Positions 44,150 to 52,983 are shown, numbered from the stretch's first letter. The stretch is DNA of 64,000 bases from Halieaceae bacterium (GCA_028280635.1 JANQLM010000012.1:8799-72798), one strand, 5' to 3'. The notes: generated from the sequence alone by a model not told the origin. Numbers and translations: made by a program.

Positions 44150-45019
44150 GTGAAGGCCGGCCTGGCCCCCATTGTCGGCATCCTGGTGGCGGTGGCGTTC
44201 GCTGCGGCCATGGCGCTGGCCGGTGGCCAGGCCGGAGCGACGGTGGCTGGTGCCAGCGTGTTCGCCCTCTGTGGCGCCCTGGCTTTCGGCATTCAGTGGC
44301 TGGCTTTTATTCCGGCCTTTGCCCTGCAGACCGAACGCTTTTACGACCTGACCGGCAGCCTGACTTATATCCTGCTGGCACTGGTGGCGCTGCTGACGGC
44401 CGTGCCCGAGGACCTGCCGCGGGTGCTGATCGCCGTCCTGGTCATGGTGTGGGCCTGCCGGCTCGGTGGTTTTCTGTTCTGGCGCATCAGCGCTGCCGGC
44501 GAGGACAGCCGCTTTCGCCACATCAAACCACACTTCCTGCGCTTCCTCATGACCTGGACGCTGCAGGGCCTGTGGGTATATGTCACCTTCGCCGCGGGGC
44601 TTGCGGCTATCACCTCAACTGTCGAGGCGGCCGTGAGCCTGTACACGCTGGTGGGCGCCGGTGCCTGGACGCTGGGGTTTACCATCGAGGTGATCGCTGA
44701 CGCTCAGAAGTCTCGGTTCCGCGCCGCCCCGGCCAACCGCGACCGCTTCATCAGTCATGGCCTGTGGCGCTATTCCCGGCACCCCAACTACGTGGGCGAA
44801 ATCCTGTTGTGGACCGGCATCGCGATCATGGCTTACCCCATGCTGGTGGCCTGGCAGCACCTGACCCTGGTATCGCCGCTGTTTGTCTATCTGCTGCTGA
44901 CCCGGGTGAGTGGAGTGAACATGCTCGAGGCCAGCGGCCACAAGCGCTGGGGTGACGACCCTGCATACCGGGAGTACTGCGAACGCACTCCGGTTTTGTT
45001 TCCCTTGTCCCGGCGCTGA
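44150..45019 (+). CDS. DUF1295-family membrane protein (steroid 5-alpha-reductase / ICMT-like fold)
   Basis: 289 aa, multi-TM, with GLWRYSRHPNYVGEILLWTGIA characteristic of DUF1295. GTG start. Confidence 0.7.
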   Translation: MKAGLAPIVGILVAVAFAAAMALAGGQAGATVAGASVFALCGALAFGIQWLAFIPAFALQTERFYDLTGSLTYILLALVALLTAVPEDLPRVLIAVLVMVWACRLGGFLFWRISAAGEDSRFRHIKPHFLRFLMTWTLQGLWVYVTFAAGLAAITSTVEAAVSLYTLVGAGAWTLGFTIEVIADAQKSRFRAAPANRDRFISHGLWRYSRHPNYVGEILLWTGIAIMAYPMLVAWQHLTLVSPLFVYLLLTRVSGVNMLEASGHKRWGDDPAYREYCERTPVLFPLSRR

Positions 45020-45136
45020 TCCGCATTCGCCGCCCCCGAGAGCTTCGCCAGAAACGGGTCAATAGCGCGATAAATTGTGCAAATTTGCGCTATCCTGTGC
45101 GCGTCATAGCAAGATGTTTGAGCGACAGGGGTAATT

Positions 45137-46072
45137 GTGAGTAGCGCGGGTTCTTCGCTGATCCCACGTGCGGGAGTGTGTTTCCTGCTGCTGGCCTGTG
45201 CCGGTGGTTTGCTGCTCGGCGGCCGTTACCTGCTGCGGGAGCATCTGGCTCCGGTGATCGAGGAGCATCACCAGGCTCTGCACCAGAGCCAACAGGCGCG
45301 CCTGGACCAGGCGCTGGATGCCCATATGGATTCCCTGATACTCATGGCCAGGGAGTACGCCGAGTGGGATTCCATGCGCGACTTTGCGCTGGACCCGGCG
45401 GCGCATCCGGACTTTATCGGCCAGAACATTTATGCCGAAAGCTGGCCGGCGCTGAGCATCGAACTGCTGTTGATCCTGGACGCCAGTGGCGAACTGCTCT
45501 GGGGCCAGCTGATCGACAGTGACGGCGAATCTGTGCTGATGGATGACACGGTTACTTCACTGTTCGCCGACAACCCCTTGCTCTCCTCCAGCATGGGGGT
45601 GCAGAGCCATACCCGTGGCCTGCTCGACACGGAAGCCGGCATTGCCATGATCGTATCGGCACCTATTACCCGCACCGACGGCAGCGGTCCATCCGCCGGC
45701 AGCTTCGTGGTGGGCAGCCTGCTGAACAATGCGCGCCTGGAACAGTTTTCCAGGGCGGCAGATACCACGCTGGCGCTGTTCCCATTGGCCGACCCGAACC
45801 TGTCTGCTCGCATCAAGCAGATTCCCATTGAGCTGGAGGGTGCCGAAGATCCCTTTATCATCCACCGGCAACCGGGCCAGCTCTACCTGGTGAGCCAGCT
45901 GCGCGATCTCTACGGCAAGCCCCTGGCGGTGGTGCAGGCCAAGTTTCCCGATGATCGCGAAGACATCGCGCTCGAGGCCCTCGCCAGGGTTGAGCGCTCC
46001 TGGGCCCTGATGGTTGGCTTCGTGGCGCTACTACTGCCCGGGGTATTTTTCCTGTTGCGCCCCCGCGTGTGA
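45137..46072 (+). CDS. Stand-alone CHASE4-like periplasmic sensor protein (TM, sensor domain, TM, no output domain)
   Basis: 311 aa. TM1 is CFLLLACAGGLLLGG. EYAEWDSMRDFALDP...LLLILDASGELLWGQ resembles the CHASE4 DYAxWDDTYxF core (recalled). TM2 (WALMVGFVALLLPGVFFLL) is followed by only five residues. Confidence 0.55.
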   Translation: MSSAGSSLIPRAGVCFLLLACAGGLLLGGRYLLREHLAPVIEEHHQALHQSQQARLDQALDAHMDSLILMAREYAEWDSMRDFALDPAAHPDFIGQNIYAESWPALSIELLLILDASGELLWGQLIDSDGESVLMDDTVTSLFADNPLLSSSMGVQSHTRGLLDTEAGIAMIVSAPITRTDGSGPSAGSFVVGSLLNNARLEQFSRAADTTLALFPLADPNLSARIKQIPIELEGAEDPFIIHRQPGQLYLVSQLRDLYGKPLAVVQAKFPDDREDIALEALARVERSWALMVGFVALLLPGVFFLLRPRV

Positions 46073-46078
46073 GGCCTC

Positions 46079-47278
46079 TTGGGCGAACCCTGGCTAGACA
46101 AAAAGTCCTGGCGCGATAACCGCATCAGCTCGGGTGCGCGCCACGGGCATTGGGCGCTGTTCGCCTTTGCCCTGGTCTGGAACGGTATTACCCTGCCGCT
46201 GTTTCTCAATGCGGATGAATTCTGGGGCCGTGTCGACCAGGAACCCGTGGTCCTGGTGGCGCTGCTGTTCCCGCTGGTGGGGATGGGGCTGATGGCCACC
46301 GCTGTCTGGGCGTTCATGGCCTGGCGCAAGTTCGGCCCAACGCCGCTGGTGCTGGACCCGTTCCCCGGGAGTATCGGCGGTCACGTGGGAGGTTGGGTGG
46401 ATACTCGCATTCCCTTCGCCGCCCGCCAGCGTTTCGATGTGACACTGGCCTGTATGAGAAGCTCGGTCAGCGGTTCCGGCAAAAACCGGAAGCGCAGTGA
46501 ATCCGTGCACTGGCAGACCGACGGTGTCTGTCACACCGAGCGTTCCGGCACCGGTACCCAGCTCTTCTTTCGCTTTGATGTGCCGGAGTGGCTGCCCGCC
46601 GCGGATATGGCGCGAACCGGGACCTACTACCTCTGGCGCCTGAGCATCGCCTGTGAAATGGATGGCCCGGATTTCTCCCGCCGCTATGACATCCCGGTCT
46701 TCGCCACCGGCCAGGTGTCCGGCCTCCAGCAGGGCACCGAGAGCCACGCCGCTACCCAGGACCTGGCCATGGAAGGGCTGGAGTCAATCGCGGAGTTTCG
46801 CACGGTGCCTGGGGGCATCGAGGCCTTTTTCCCGGCGCTGCAGCGCCCGGGGCAGGGCATCGCCGCCATCCTGTTCGGTGGTTTGTTCGCCGGTATTGGC
46901 ATCGCCGTGGGTTATGCGAGAGACGGCGGCATTGTGATACCGGTGGTTTTCTTCATGGTCGGCACGCTGATACTGGGCTACGGCATCTGGTACCTCGCGA
47001 AATCCCTGCTGGTGGGGGTGACGGGCGAAGGTGTGCGCTGTCGGCGCTTCCTGTTCGGCTATCCGATGACCACGCGGCAGATGCCCCGGGCCGACTTTTC
47101 TCACTTCGAGATCGACAGAACGGCCAGCAGTAGCAGCGGCAGCAAGACCACGGTGTACTACCAACTGCATGCCCGTGGTCGAGGTGACATATCCCTGCCG
47201 GTGGGCGAGCGAATCACCAGCCGCGCCGAGGCGGAGCTGCTCAAGGAGACGCTGGAGACTTACCTGGGCGAGCGCTGA
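46079..47278 (+). CDS. Hypothetical 4-TM membrane protein with two soluble modules
   Basis: 399 aa with a TTG start. GAGG lies 4 nt upstream and overlaps the CHASE4 gene stop. Two (2-TM plus soluble domain) halves. No family recognised. Confidence 0.5.
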   Translation: MGEPWLDKKSWRDNRISSGARHGHWALFAFALVWNGITLPLFLNADEFWGRVDQEPVVLVALLFPLVGMGLMATAVWAFMAWRKFGPTPLVLDPFPGSIGGHVGGWVDTRIPFAARQRFDVTLACMRSSVSGSGKNRKRSESVHWQTDGVCHTERSGTGTQLFFRFDVPEWLPAADMARTGTYYLWRLSIACEMDGPDFSRRYDIPVFATGQVSGLQQGTESHAATQDLAMEGLESIAEFRTVPGGIEAFFPALQRPGQGIAAILFGGLFAGIGIAVGYARDGGIVIPVVFFMVGTLILGYGIWYLAKSLLVGVTGEGVRCRRFLFGYPMTTRQMPRADFSHFEIDRTASSSSGSKTTVYYQLHARGRGDISLPVGERITSRAEAELLKETLETYLGER

Positions 47279-47383
47279 AGGTGATGTCTTTTCAGGGCGG
47301 CCTGAAATGACCGCCTCCGGCGCTTGCGCCGGACTCCCCGGTCGCGGAAACTCTCATGCCGCAGAACATCACAAGGAACTCTG

Positions 47384-47719
47384 ATGCCCAATATTATCTA
47401 TGTCGAAGCTGATGGCAGCCGTCACGAGGTGGAACTGGAAGAACAGATGAACCTCATGGAAGGCGCCACCATGAACCTGGTGCCGGGCGTGGAAGGCATG
47501 TGTGGCGGGGTGGCTTCCTGCGCGACCTGCCATTGCTATATCGACGAGCCCTTCCTGTCCAAGCTGCCGGCCCAGGGGCCGCAGGAACTGGAAATGCTGA
47601 AGACGGCCAAGGGCCGCAAGGACAATTCACGGCTGGGCTGCCAGGTGCTGGTGACCTGGGAGATGGAGGGTATGGAAGTCCACCTGCCGGAAGAACAGGG
47701 CCAGGAGCCCTTGTCCTGA
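47384..47719 (+). CDS. 2Fe-2S ferredoxin, adrenodoxin/putidaredoxin type
   Basis: 111 aa from the ATG at 47384 (AAGGA Shine-Dalgarno). Starts MPNIIYVEADGSRHEVE, with the cluster motif CGGVASCATCHC and a distal LGCQV. Confidence 0.85.
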   Translation: MPNIIYVEADGSRHEVELEEQMNLMEGATMNLVPGVEGMCGGVASCATCHCYIDEPFLSKLPAQGPQELEMLKTAKGRKDNSRLGCQVLVTWEMEGMEVHLPEEQGQEPLS

Positions 47720-47720
47720 C

Positions 47721-47834
47721 AGTCCTGAGCCGCTCTGGAACAGCCCTGAGCGGCTTCCGCAACAGCCTTGAGCGGCATCTGCATCTGTACCAGCCCTGAG
47801 CGGTTCCCGTAGCAGCCCCGAGCGGATTCATACG
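47721..47834 (+). repeat. Five imperfect tandem units (21-28 nt) with core AGCCCTGAGCGG
   Basis: Units begin at 47721, 47742, 47764, 47792 and 47814. The region is non-coding (stops in the ferredoxin frame). The core is shared with the glgX 18-bp repeat. The unit at 47814 resembles the glgX unit at 21152 (GCCCCGAGCGGAT). Confidence 0.8.
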
Positions 47835-47893
47835 ATGCTTCGGGCCAGCCAGCGGCAAAGCATCCGGAATTACCCTCACACTCACCTGTAAAC

Positions 47894-47915
47894 CGCCCCG
47901 GTATGTCCCGGGGCG
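47894..47915 (+). terminator. GC-rich hairpin, possible terminator of the ferredoxin transcript
   Basis: CGCCCCGG-TATGTC-CCGGGGCG followed by TTGT. The weak T tract keeps confidence low. Confidence 0.35.
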
Positions 47916-48156
47916 TTGTCCCCACCGGTATTACCTTGCGCGCCCTGGAGAACCTGTGCCGGGAGGCGAGCGTTTGCGCTTCATTCTGCCCGTCCGCCAC
48001 GCCTCTCACCGCATTCCTGGACATGCGGTAAACACCCCCGGCCGGAATCTGCAACAAGATTTCTGTTTTGTCATATTTGTTTTTCGGTGCCGCCGCCGGC
48101 GCCAAAAGTTAAGTGCCTGATAATTCGAGTATTTCGAATTTTGTTCAGTCTTATTA

Positions 48157-48229
48157 CTGTCATCTCGTAGTGATATTCCCGTCAATTTACCCTCATGAAA
48201 ACGTTACATAGGCGTCAACCGCCTGTCGC
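48157..48229 (+). promoter_or_regulatory. Array of Pho-box-like heptamers at an exact 11-bp period upstream of phoX
   Basis: CTGTCAT (48157), TAGTGAT (48168), CCGTCAA (48179), CCCTCAT (48190), ACGTTAC (48201), GCGTCAA (48212), CTGTCGC (48223). The recalled PhoB box is two CTGTCAT-like 7-mers separated by 4 nt. Confidence 0.5.
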
Positions 48230-48343
48230 AATCCCCCTTTAAGTTCGCGTGTGGAGTTAGGGGAGTTGGACGCAAGTTCCAACCGACTTTACTGGGCCGT
48301 CATGCACCCCGCCTGGCGGACCAAAATTTCAACGAGGCTCGTA

Positions 48344-50278
48344 ATGAATAAAGCTGTAGATAAGGACGTCATCGACTCCTTGCTGGACGATGACATTGAA
48401 TATCAAGGTAACAACCCCACGGATAACCGCCCGTTCTACGACATCCTGAAATCAGAGATGGAGCGTCGTGACGTGTTGAAGGGCAGCCTGGCTTCCGCTG
48501 CCACCGGTTTCTTCGCCGCCAGCGGTATCGCCGCCTCTACCGGCGCGCAGGCGCAGACCAGCAGCCTGATGAACTTCACCCCGGTCACTCTGGCCGACGC
48601 TGAAGCGGGAGACGGCAAGCAGCCGCTGGTGTCTCCGGATTACAATATGCAGACGCTGATTCCCTGGGGCGATCCCATCGAGCCCAGCGGCCCGGCTTAT
48701 CGGGAGCATGCCAACACCTCCCGGGAACAGGCCAACCAGGTCGGCATCGGCCACGACGGCATGTGGTTCTTCCCGCTGGCGGAAGACCTGGTATCCGATC
48801 CCAGCATACCGCCGATTAACGACTTCCTGCAGCGCTGGTTCAATGTCAATACCCGCGGCCTGCTGTGCATCAACCACGAGTTCGGCAACAACTTCCAGGT
48901 GCTGGGCAAGGAAGCGCCTGAATCTCTGGAAGATGTGCGCATCTCCCAGCACGCTCACGGCGTATCCGTCATCCAGATCGAGCAGATCGACGGCGTATGG
49001 CAGCCGGTGGACAGCCAGTTTGCCCGCCGCATCCACGTTAACACCCCGGTTGAGTACTCTGGTCCGGCTGCCGGCCACCCGCTGCTGCAGACCCCGGCTG
49101 GCAACATCCCGCTGGGTACCGTCAACAACTGCGGTAACGGCACCACGCCCTGGGGCACCTACCTGACCTGTGAAGAGAACTTCAACGCCTACTTCGGCGC
49201 GACCAACACCGAAGCCACCTGGGTTCCCACCGAGCTGCAGGAGCGCTTTGGCTTCGCAGAAGGCGGCACCTTCGGCAACTATCAGTGGTGGGTATGGGAC
49301 AAGCGTTTCGATCTGTCTGATCCCGACTTCACCAATGAAGAAAACCGCTTCGGCTGGATGGTGGAAATCGATCCGCAGGACGCCAACAACGCGCCGATCA
49401 AGCGCACCGCCATGGGTCGCTTCAAGCACGAAGGTGCGGCATGGACGGTCGGTGACGACGGTCGCATTGCCTTCTACATGGGCGACGACGAGCGCTTCGA
49501 CTACCTGTACAAGTACGTCTCCGCCGAGCCCTACGAGGATATGCTCGCCGCTGGCGTAAGCCCGCTGGACGAAGGCACCCTGTACGTCGCCCAGTTCAGC
49601 GAGGGCGGTGTGGGCGAGTGGATCGAGCTGAGCCTGAACAACCCGACCCTGGCCTCTCTGTATAGCGACATGGGCGAGTTGCTGGTGAACACCCGCCTGG
49701 CGGCTGACGCGGTGGGCGCCACCCCGATGGATCGTCCGGAGTGGACGGCTACCACCTCAGCCACCAACGGCACCTGCTACGTCACGCTGACCAACAACAG
49801 CCGCCGTACCGAAGCCAACGCGGCCAACCCGCTGGTACCGAACGCAGATGGCCACATTATCCGCTTCACCGATGACGCGCCTTCCGGCACGTCCTTCGAC
49901 TGGGAAATCTTCCTGATCGCGGAAGACACCCACGGCACCGAAGAGTCCTTCTCTGACCCCGACGGCCTGGGCATCGACTTCCAGGGCCGGGTATGGATCG
50001 AGACGGACGGTGGCCAGAAAGACGGCCTCCAGGATCAGCTGCTGATCGCTGACCCTGACACCAAGGAAATCCGTCGCCTGTTCATGGGCGTTAACGGTGA
50101 CGAAATCACCGGTATCGCCTTTACGCCCAACCGCCGTACTGCGTTCATCAACGTACAGCACCCGGGCAACGGTGACCCCACGGCGACCAACTTCCCTGCG
50201 CCCACCGACAACGTCACGGTTCCCCGTGACTGCACTGTCGCGCTGAGCCGCAAGGACGGCGGTATCGTCGGCTCCTGA
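48344..50278 (+). CDS. phoX: PhoX-family alkaline phosphatase (Tat-exported)
   Basis: Twin-arginine signal ERRDVLKGSLASAATGFFAASGIAASTGAQA. PhoX/DUF839 regions NNCGNGTTPWGTYLTCEEN, GRFKHEGA and DRPEW. The ATG at 48344 has GAGG upstream and is preferred over the listed GTG at 48251, which lies 22 nt after the last Pho box. Confidence 0.9.
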   Translation: MNKAVDKDVIDSLLDDDIEYQGNNPTDNRPFYDILKSEMERRDVLKGSLASAATGFFAASGIAASTGAQAQTSSLMNFTPVTLADAEAGDGKQPLVSPDYNMQTLIPWGDPIEPSGPAYREHANTSREQANQVGIGHDGMWFFPLAEDLVSDPSIPPINDFLQRWFNVNTRGLLCINHEFGNNFQVLGKEAPESLEDVRISQHAHGVSVIQIEQIDGVWQPVDSQFARRIHVNTPVEYSGPAAGHPLLQTPAGNIPLGTVNNCGNGTTPWGTYLTCEENFNAYFGATNTEATWVPTELQERFGFAEGGTFGNYQWWVWDKRFDLSDPDFTNEENRFGWMVEIDPQDANNAPIKRTAMGRFKHEGAAWTVGDDGRIAFYMGDDERFDYLYKYVSAEPYEDMLAAGVSPLDEGTLYVAQFSEGGVGEWIELSLNNPTLASLYSDMGELLVNTRLAADAVGATPMDRPEWTATTSATNGTCYVTLTNNSRRTEANAANPLVPNADGHIIRFTDDAPSGTSFDWEIFLIAEDTHGTEESFSDPDGLGIDFQGRVWIETDGGQKDGLQDQLLIADPDTKEIRRLFMGVNGDEITGIAFTPNRRTAFINVQHPGNGDPTATNFPAPTDNVTVPRDCTVALSRKDGGIVGS

Positions 50279-50309
50279 TCGACCCTGAGCGCCGCCCCGG
50301 CGGCGCTGT

Positions 50310-51755
50310 CTATCCCTCAACGCCGAAGTGGTCCCACTTCGGCGTTTTCATTTCTGCCACAAAGCGTGAGTAGTTCCAGGGCCAGCTCGCGGGAATACCG
50401 TCCGCGTCCAGGTACCAGCTCTGGCAGCCACCGGTGTACCAGATAGTGGTTTTGGCCGCCGCGATGCGCTCCCTGTCGAAATCCTCCAGCGCCTGTGCGG
50501 TGGCGCAAAGCGGGCCCTGCTCACGCACCCGTTCCAGTAGCTGTTGGATGTAGCCCCACTGGTGTTCGGCAATGTCGATCAGTGAATAGTTACCCACCGG
50601 CCCGTTGGGGCCGTTGAGCATGAAGAAATTCGGGAAACCCGGCATCGACACCGCCAGGTAAGCCACCGGGCGTCGAGCCCACAGGGTCTCAAGATCCGTG
50701 TCATCGGCCCCCAGCACTTCCATGGGCCGCATAAACTGGTCCGCGCGAAAGCCGGTGGCCAGGGCGATCACGTCCAGCTCGTGCAGCTCGCCGTCCACCG
50801 TGCGGATGCCGGTGGACTCGATGCGCTCGATGTCGGCGCGCACCAGCCTTGCCTGGGGGTGCTGGATTTTCTGGTAGTAGTCCGGCGAGAACACCAGCCG
50901 CTTGCACATGGGCTCGTGGTCCGGGCGCAGGGCTTCCCTGAGTGTTTCGTCTTCAATGCTATCCAGGTTGTCGAAGCAGGCCTGGCGAAAGTACAGGGCG
51001 CCGGGAGAATCCGGCTGGGTGATGCCGAGGGTGTAGTTTTCGACATTGCGGTTGTAGGTGACCACGTCCATGTACGCGTCCAGCGCCGCCGGGTCAGCGC
51101 GGAACAGGGCCCGTTCTTCCTCGCTGTAGTAGCCGTTGTGCACCGGCATTATCCACTGGGGGGTGCGTACAAAATGCGAGAGCTGGCTGCTCACCCCGGC
51201 CAGGGCCGAGATGATTTGCACGCCGGTAGAGCCCATGCCAATCACGCCGACGCGACCATCCAGCGCCACGCTGTGGTCCCAGCGGGCCGTGTGGAACAGC
51301 TCGCCGGCAAAGTCCTCCATGCCGGGGATGGCGGGTGTGCTGGGGTGGTGCAGCACGCCGGTGGCGGCGATCACCACGTCGGCGTCGTCGCTCTCTCCGT
51401 TGGCCAGCGTCAGCCGCCAGTGGCCTTCCTGCCACTTCGCGCGGGTGATTTCGGCGTTGAAGCGAATGCGCTCGCGCAGCCGGTAGTGATCGCAGCAGCG
51501 CTCGAAGTAGGCCTGGATTTCCGGGCCCGGCGGCAGGTGGCGGGTCCAGTCCGGGTTGCGTTCAAAGCTGTAGGTGTAGTGGTGAGAGGGCACATCACAG
51601 GTCAGCCCCGGATAGGTGTTCTCGCGCCAGGTGCCGCCGATCCGGTCCGCCTTTTCGTAGACGGTGAAGTTGTCGATGCCCATCGCTCTCAGCTTGATGC
51701 CAGCCAGCAGTCCAGCCATGCCGGCGCCTATCACAACCACTCTGAAATCGCTCAT
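50310..51755 (-). CDS. Type I Baeyer-Villiger (class B flavoprotein) monooxygenase
   Basis: Rossmann motifs GAGMAG and GMGSTG. The BVMO fingerprint FxGxxxHxxxWD is present as FAGELFHTARWD. The ATG at 51755 has GAGG 8 nt upstream; the listed GTG at 51764 overlaps the upstream stop. Confidence 0.85.
   Translation of the reverse strand: MSDFRVVVIGAGMAGLLAGIKLRAMGIDNFTVYEKADRIGGTWRENTYPGLTCDVPSHHYTYSFERNPDWTRHLPPGPEIQAYFERCCDHYRLRERIRFNAEITRAKWQEGHWRLTLANGESDDADVVIAATGVLHHPSTPAIPGMEDFAGELFHTARWDHSVALDGRVGVIGMGSTGVQIISALAGVSSQLSHFVRTPQWIMPVHNGYYSEEERALFRADPAALDAYMDVVTYNRNVENYTLGITQPDSPGALYFRQACFDNLDSIEDETLREALRPDHEPMCKRLVFSPDYYQKIQHPQARLVRADIERIESTGIRTVDGELHELDVIALATGFRADQFMRPMEVLGADDTDLETLWARRPVAYLAVSMPGFPNFFMLNGPNGPVGNYSLIDIAEHQWGYIQQLLERVREQGPLCATAQALEDFDRERIAAAKTTIWYTGGCQSWYLDADGIPASWPWNYSRFVAEMKTPKWDHFGVEG
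50319..50355 (+). terminator. 13-bp perfect inverted repeat plus a T-rich tail; candidate phoX terminator embedded in the 3' coding end of the convergent BVMO gene
   Basis: AACGCCGAAGTGG-TC-CCACTTCGGCGTT followed by TTCATTTC. On the minus strand it encodes TPKWDHFGV, part of the last 11 codons of the BVMO. Confidence 0.5.
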
Positions 51756-51760
51756 GGCGT

Positions 51761-52798
51761 TCACCTCGATATTCGGTTGGCTTTGGCTGGCAGCTCCAGG
51801 GTCACAGTGCCACTCATATGCCTGCCCCAGGCATTGTTGTCACCCTGCACGCTCAGCTCGACGATGTGGCCGGCCGTGTCCACAGCGGTGACTTCCCCGC
51901 TGATGGTCATCACCATGCCGGGCAGGTTGGGCGCGCCCAGCTTCACCGCCAGGGACTTGATGCTGGCCTCGGGGCCACTCCAGTCGGTGGCGTAGCGTGC
52001 CATCAATCCCTGGCTGGTGAGGATATTCATGAAGACATCTGGCAGGCCGGTGGACTGGGCGACGTCCCGGTCGTGGTGCACTTTCTCGAAATCCCGGGTG
52101 GCCAGCGCGGCGCCGACGATCAGGCCGGTGCTGACAGGTATCTGCAGCGGCGGCAGCGGGTCGCCCACGCTGACATCGGCGCAGGCCAGCGTCTCGCGGC
52201 GCGGGACGGGAGCCGGCAGCAGCTCGCCGGGCTCTGGCGCCTCAAAGGGCATGGCTGTGCCGCTGCTGCCCGCCGGCGGCACAAACTTCAGCACCCGGAA
52301 TCGCTGGGTGCCCACGGTGTCGCCGGCCTGGTTGCTGAAGGTGGCCAGGGTTTCGAAGAAATAGCCCTCACCCCGGGCGGTGGTTTTGCGCTCGGAAATG
52401 TTGTCTATCACCATCTCCATGAACACCGTGTCTCCGGGTTCCAGTTCTCGAACGTACGCCTGAACCACGTTGGTGCCGAGGGTGCCGAGATAACCATTGT
52501 CGTTGAACAGCTCCACCAGCTCGCTCTGGGCATCCGGCGGGCGCCGGTCGATGGCCACCACAATGCCTTCCTGGTTCCACACATAGAGCATGGCCGGTGG
52601 TGCAATGAGCTTGCCGCGGCGGCTGCCGGCAGCCCAGTCGGCGTCCAGATAGGCGGGGTTGGCGTCGCCCATGGCCTCGGCCCAGTGCCGGATCATGGCG
52701 GGATTCACGGCGTCCCTGGCGGGCTGCCTGGGGCACACCTGGCGTCCCACGTAGGCCTGAAGCTGTGCTTCGAATGCTGCAATATCGGTGTCGCTCAT
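51761..52798 (-). CDS. Double hotdog-fold (MaoC N-terminal/FAS1-like plus MaoC-like) dehydratase / enoyl-CoA hydratase
   Basis: 345 aa. The N-terminal half (VNPAMIRHWAEAMGDANPAYLD) resembles the MaoC-dehydratase N-terminal domain. The C-terminal half (ATRDFEKVHHDRDVAQSTGLPDVFMNILT) resembles a MaoC-like hotdog. Confidence 0.7.
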   Translation of the reverse strand: MSDTDIAAFEAQLQAYVGRQVCPRQPARDAVNPAMIRHWAEAMGDANPAYLDADWAAGSRRGKLIAPPAMLYVWNQEGIVVAIDRRPPDAQSELVELFNDNGYLGTLGTNVVQAYVRELEPGDTVFMEMVIDNISERKTTARGEGYFFETLATFSNQAGDTVGTQRFRVLKFVPPAGSSGTAMPFEAPEPGELLPAPVPRRETLACADVSVGDPLPPLQIPVSTGLIVGAALATRDFEKVHHDRDVAQSTGLPDVFMNILTSQGLMARYATDWSGPEASIKSLAVKLGAPNLPGMVMTISGEVTAVDTAGHIVELSVQGDNNAWGRHMSGTVTLELPAKANRISR

Positions 52799-52983
52799 AG
52801 CCTGTCTCGACGCTGCTTAAGCAGCTAATTAACCGCGCTTTGCGCAACCGGGGCAAGGTGGGAGCCGGGGCTGTGGGCTTTGGTTCAGATAGTTGAATGA
52901 GGGCTGTGGGCGCGCCGTAGCCGCTGCGGCGAGGTGGTTGCTACACTCGCGACGAACCCAGGAGCAAGCACCGAGGACCCAGC

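Noticed and set aside
47536-48170. ORFs 47536-48105 (-) and 47916-48170 (+) in the long ferredoxin-phoX gap, considered as missed genes.
   Set aside because: The minus-strand ORF runs antisense through the ferredoxin gene. Both have Arg/Pro/Cys-rich unnatural composition and no motifs. The region is better described as repeats, a hairpin and the Pho promoter, though part of it remains unexplained.
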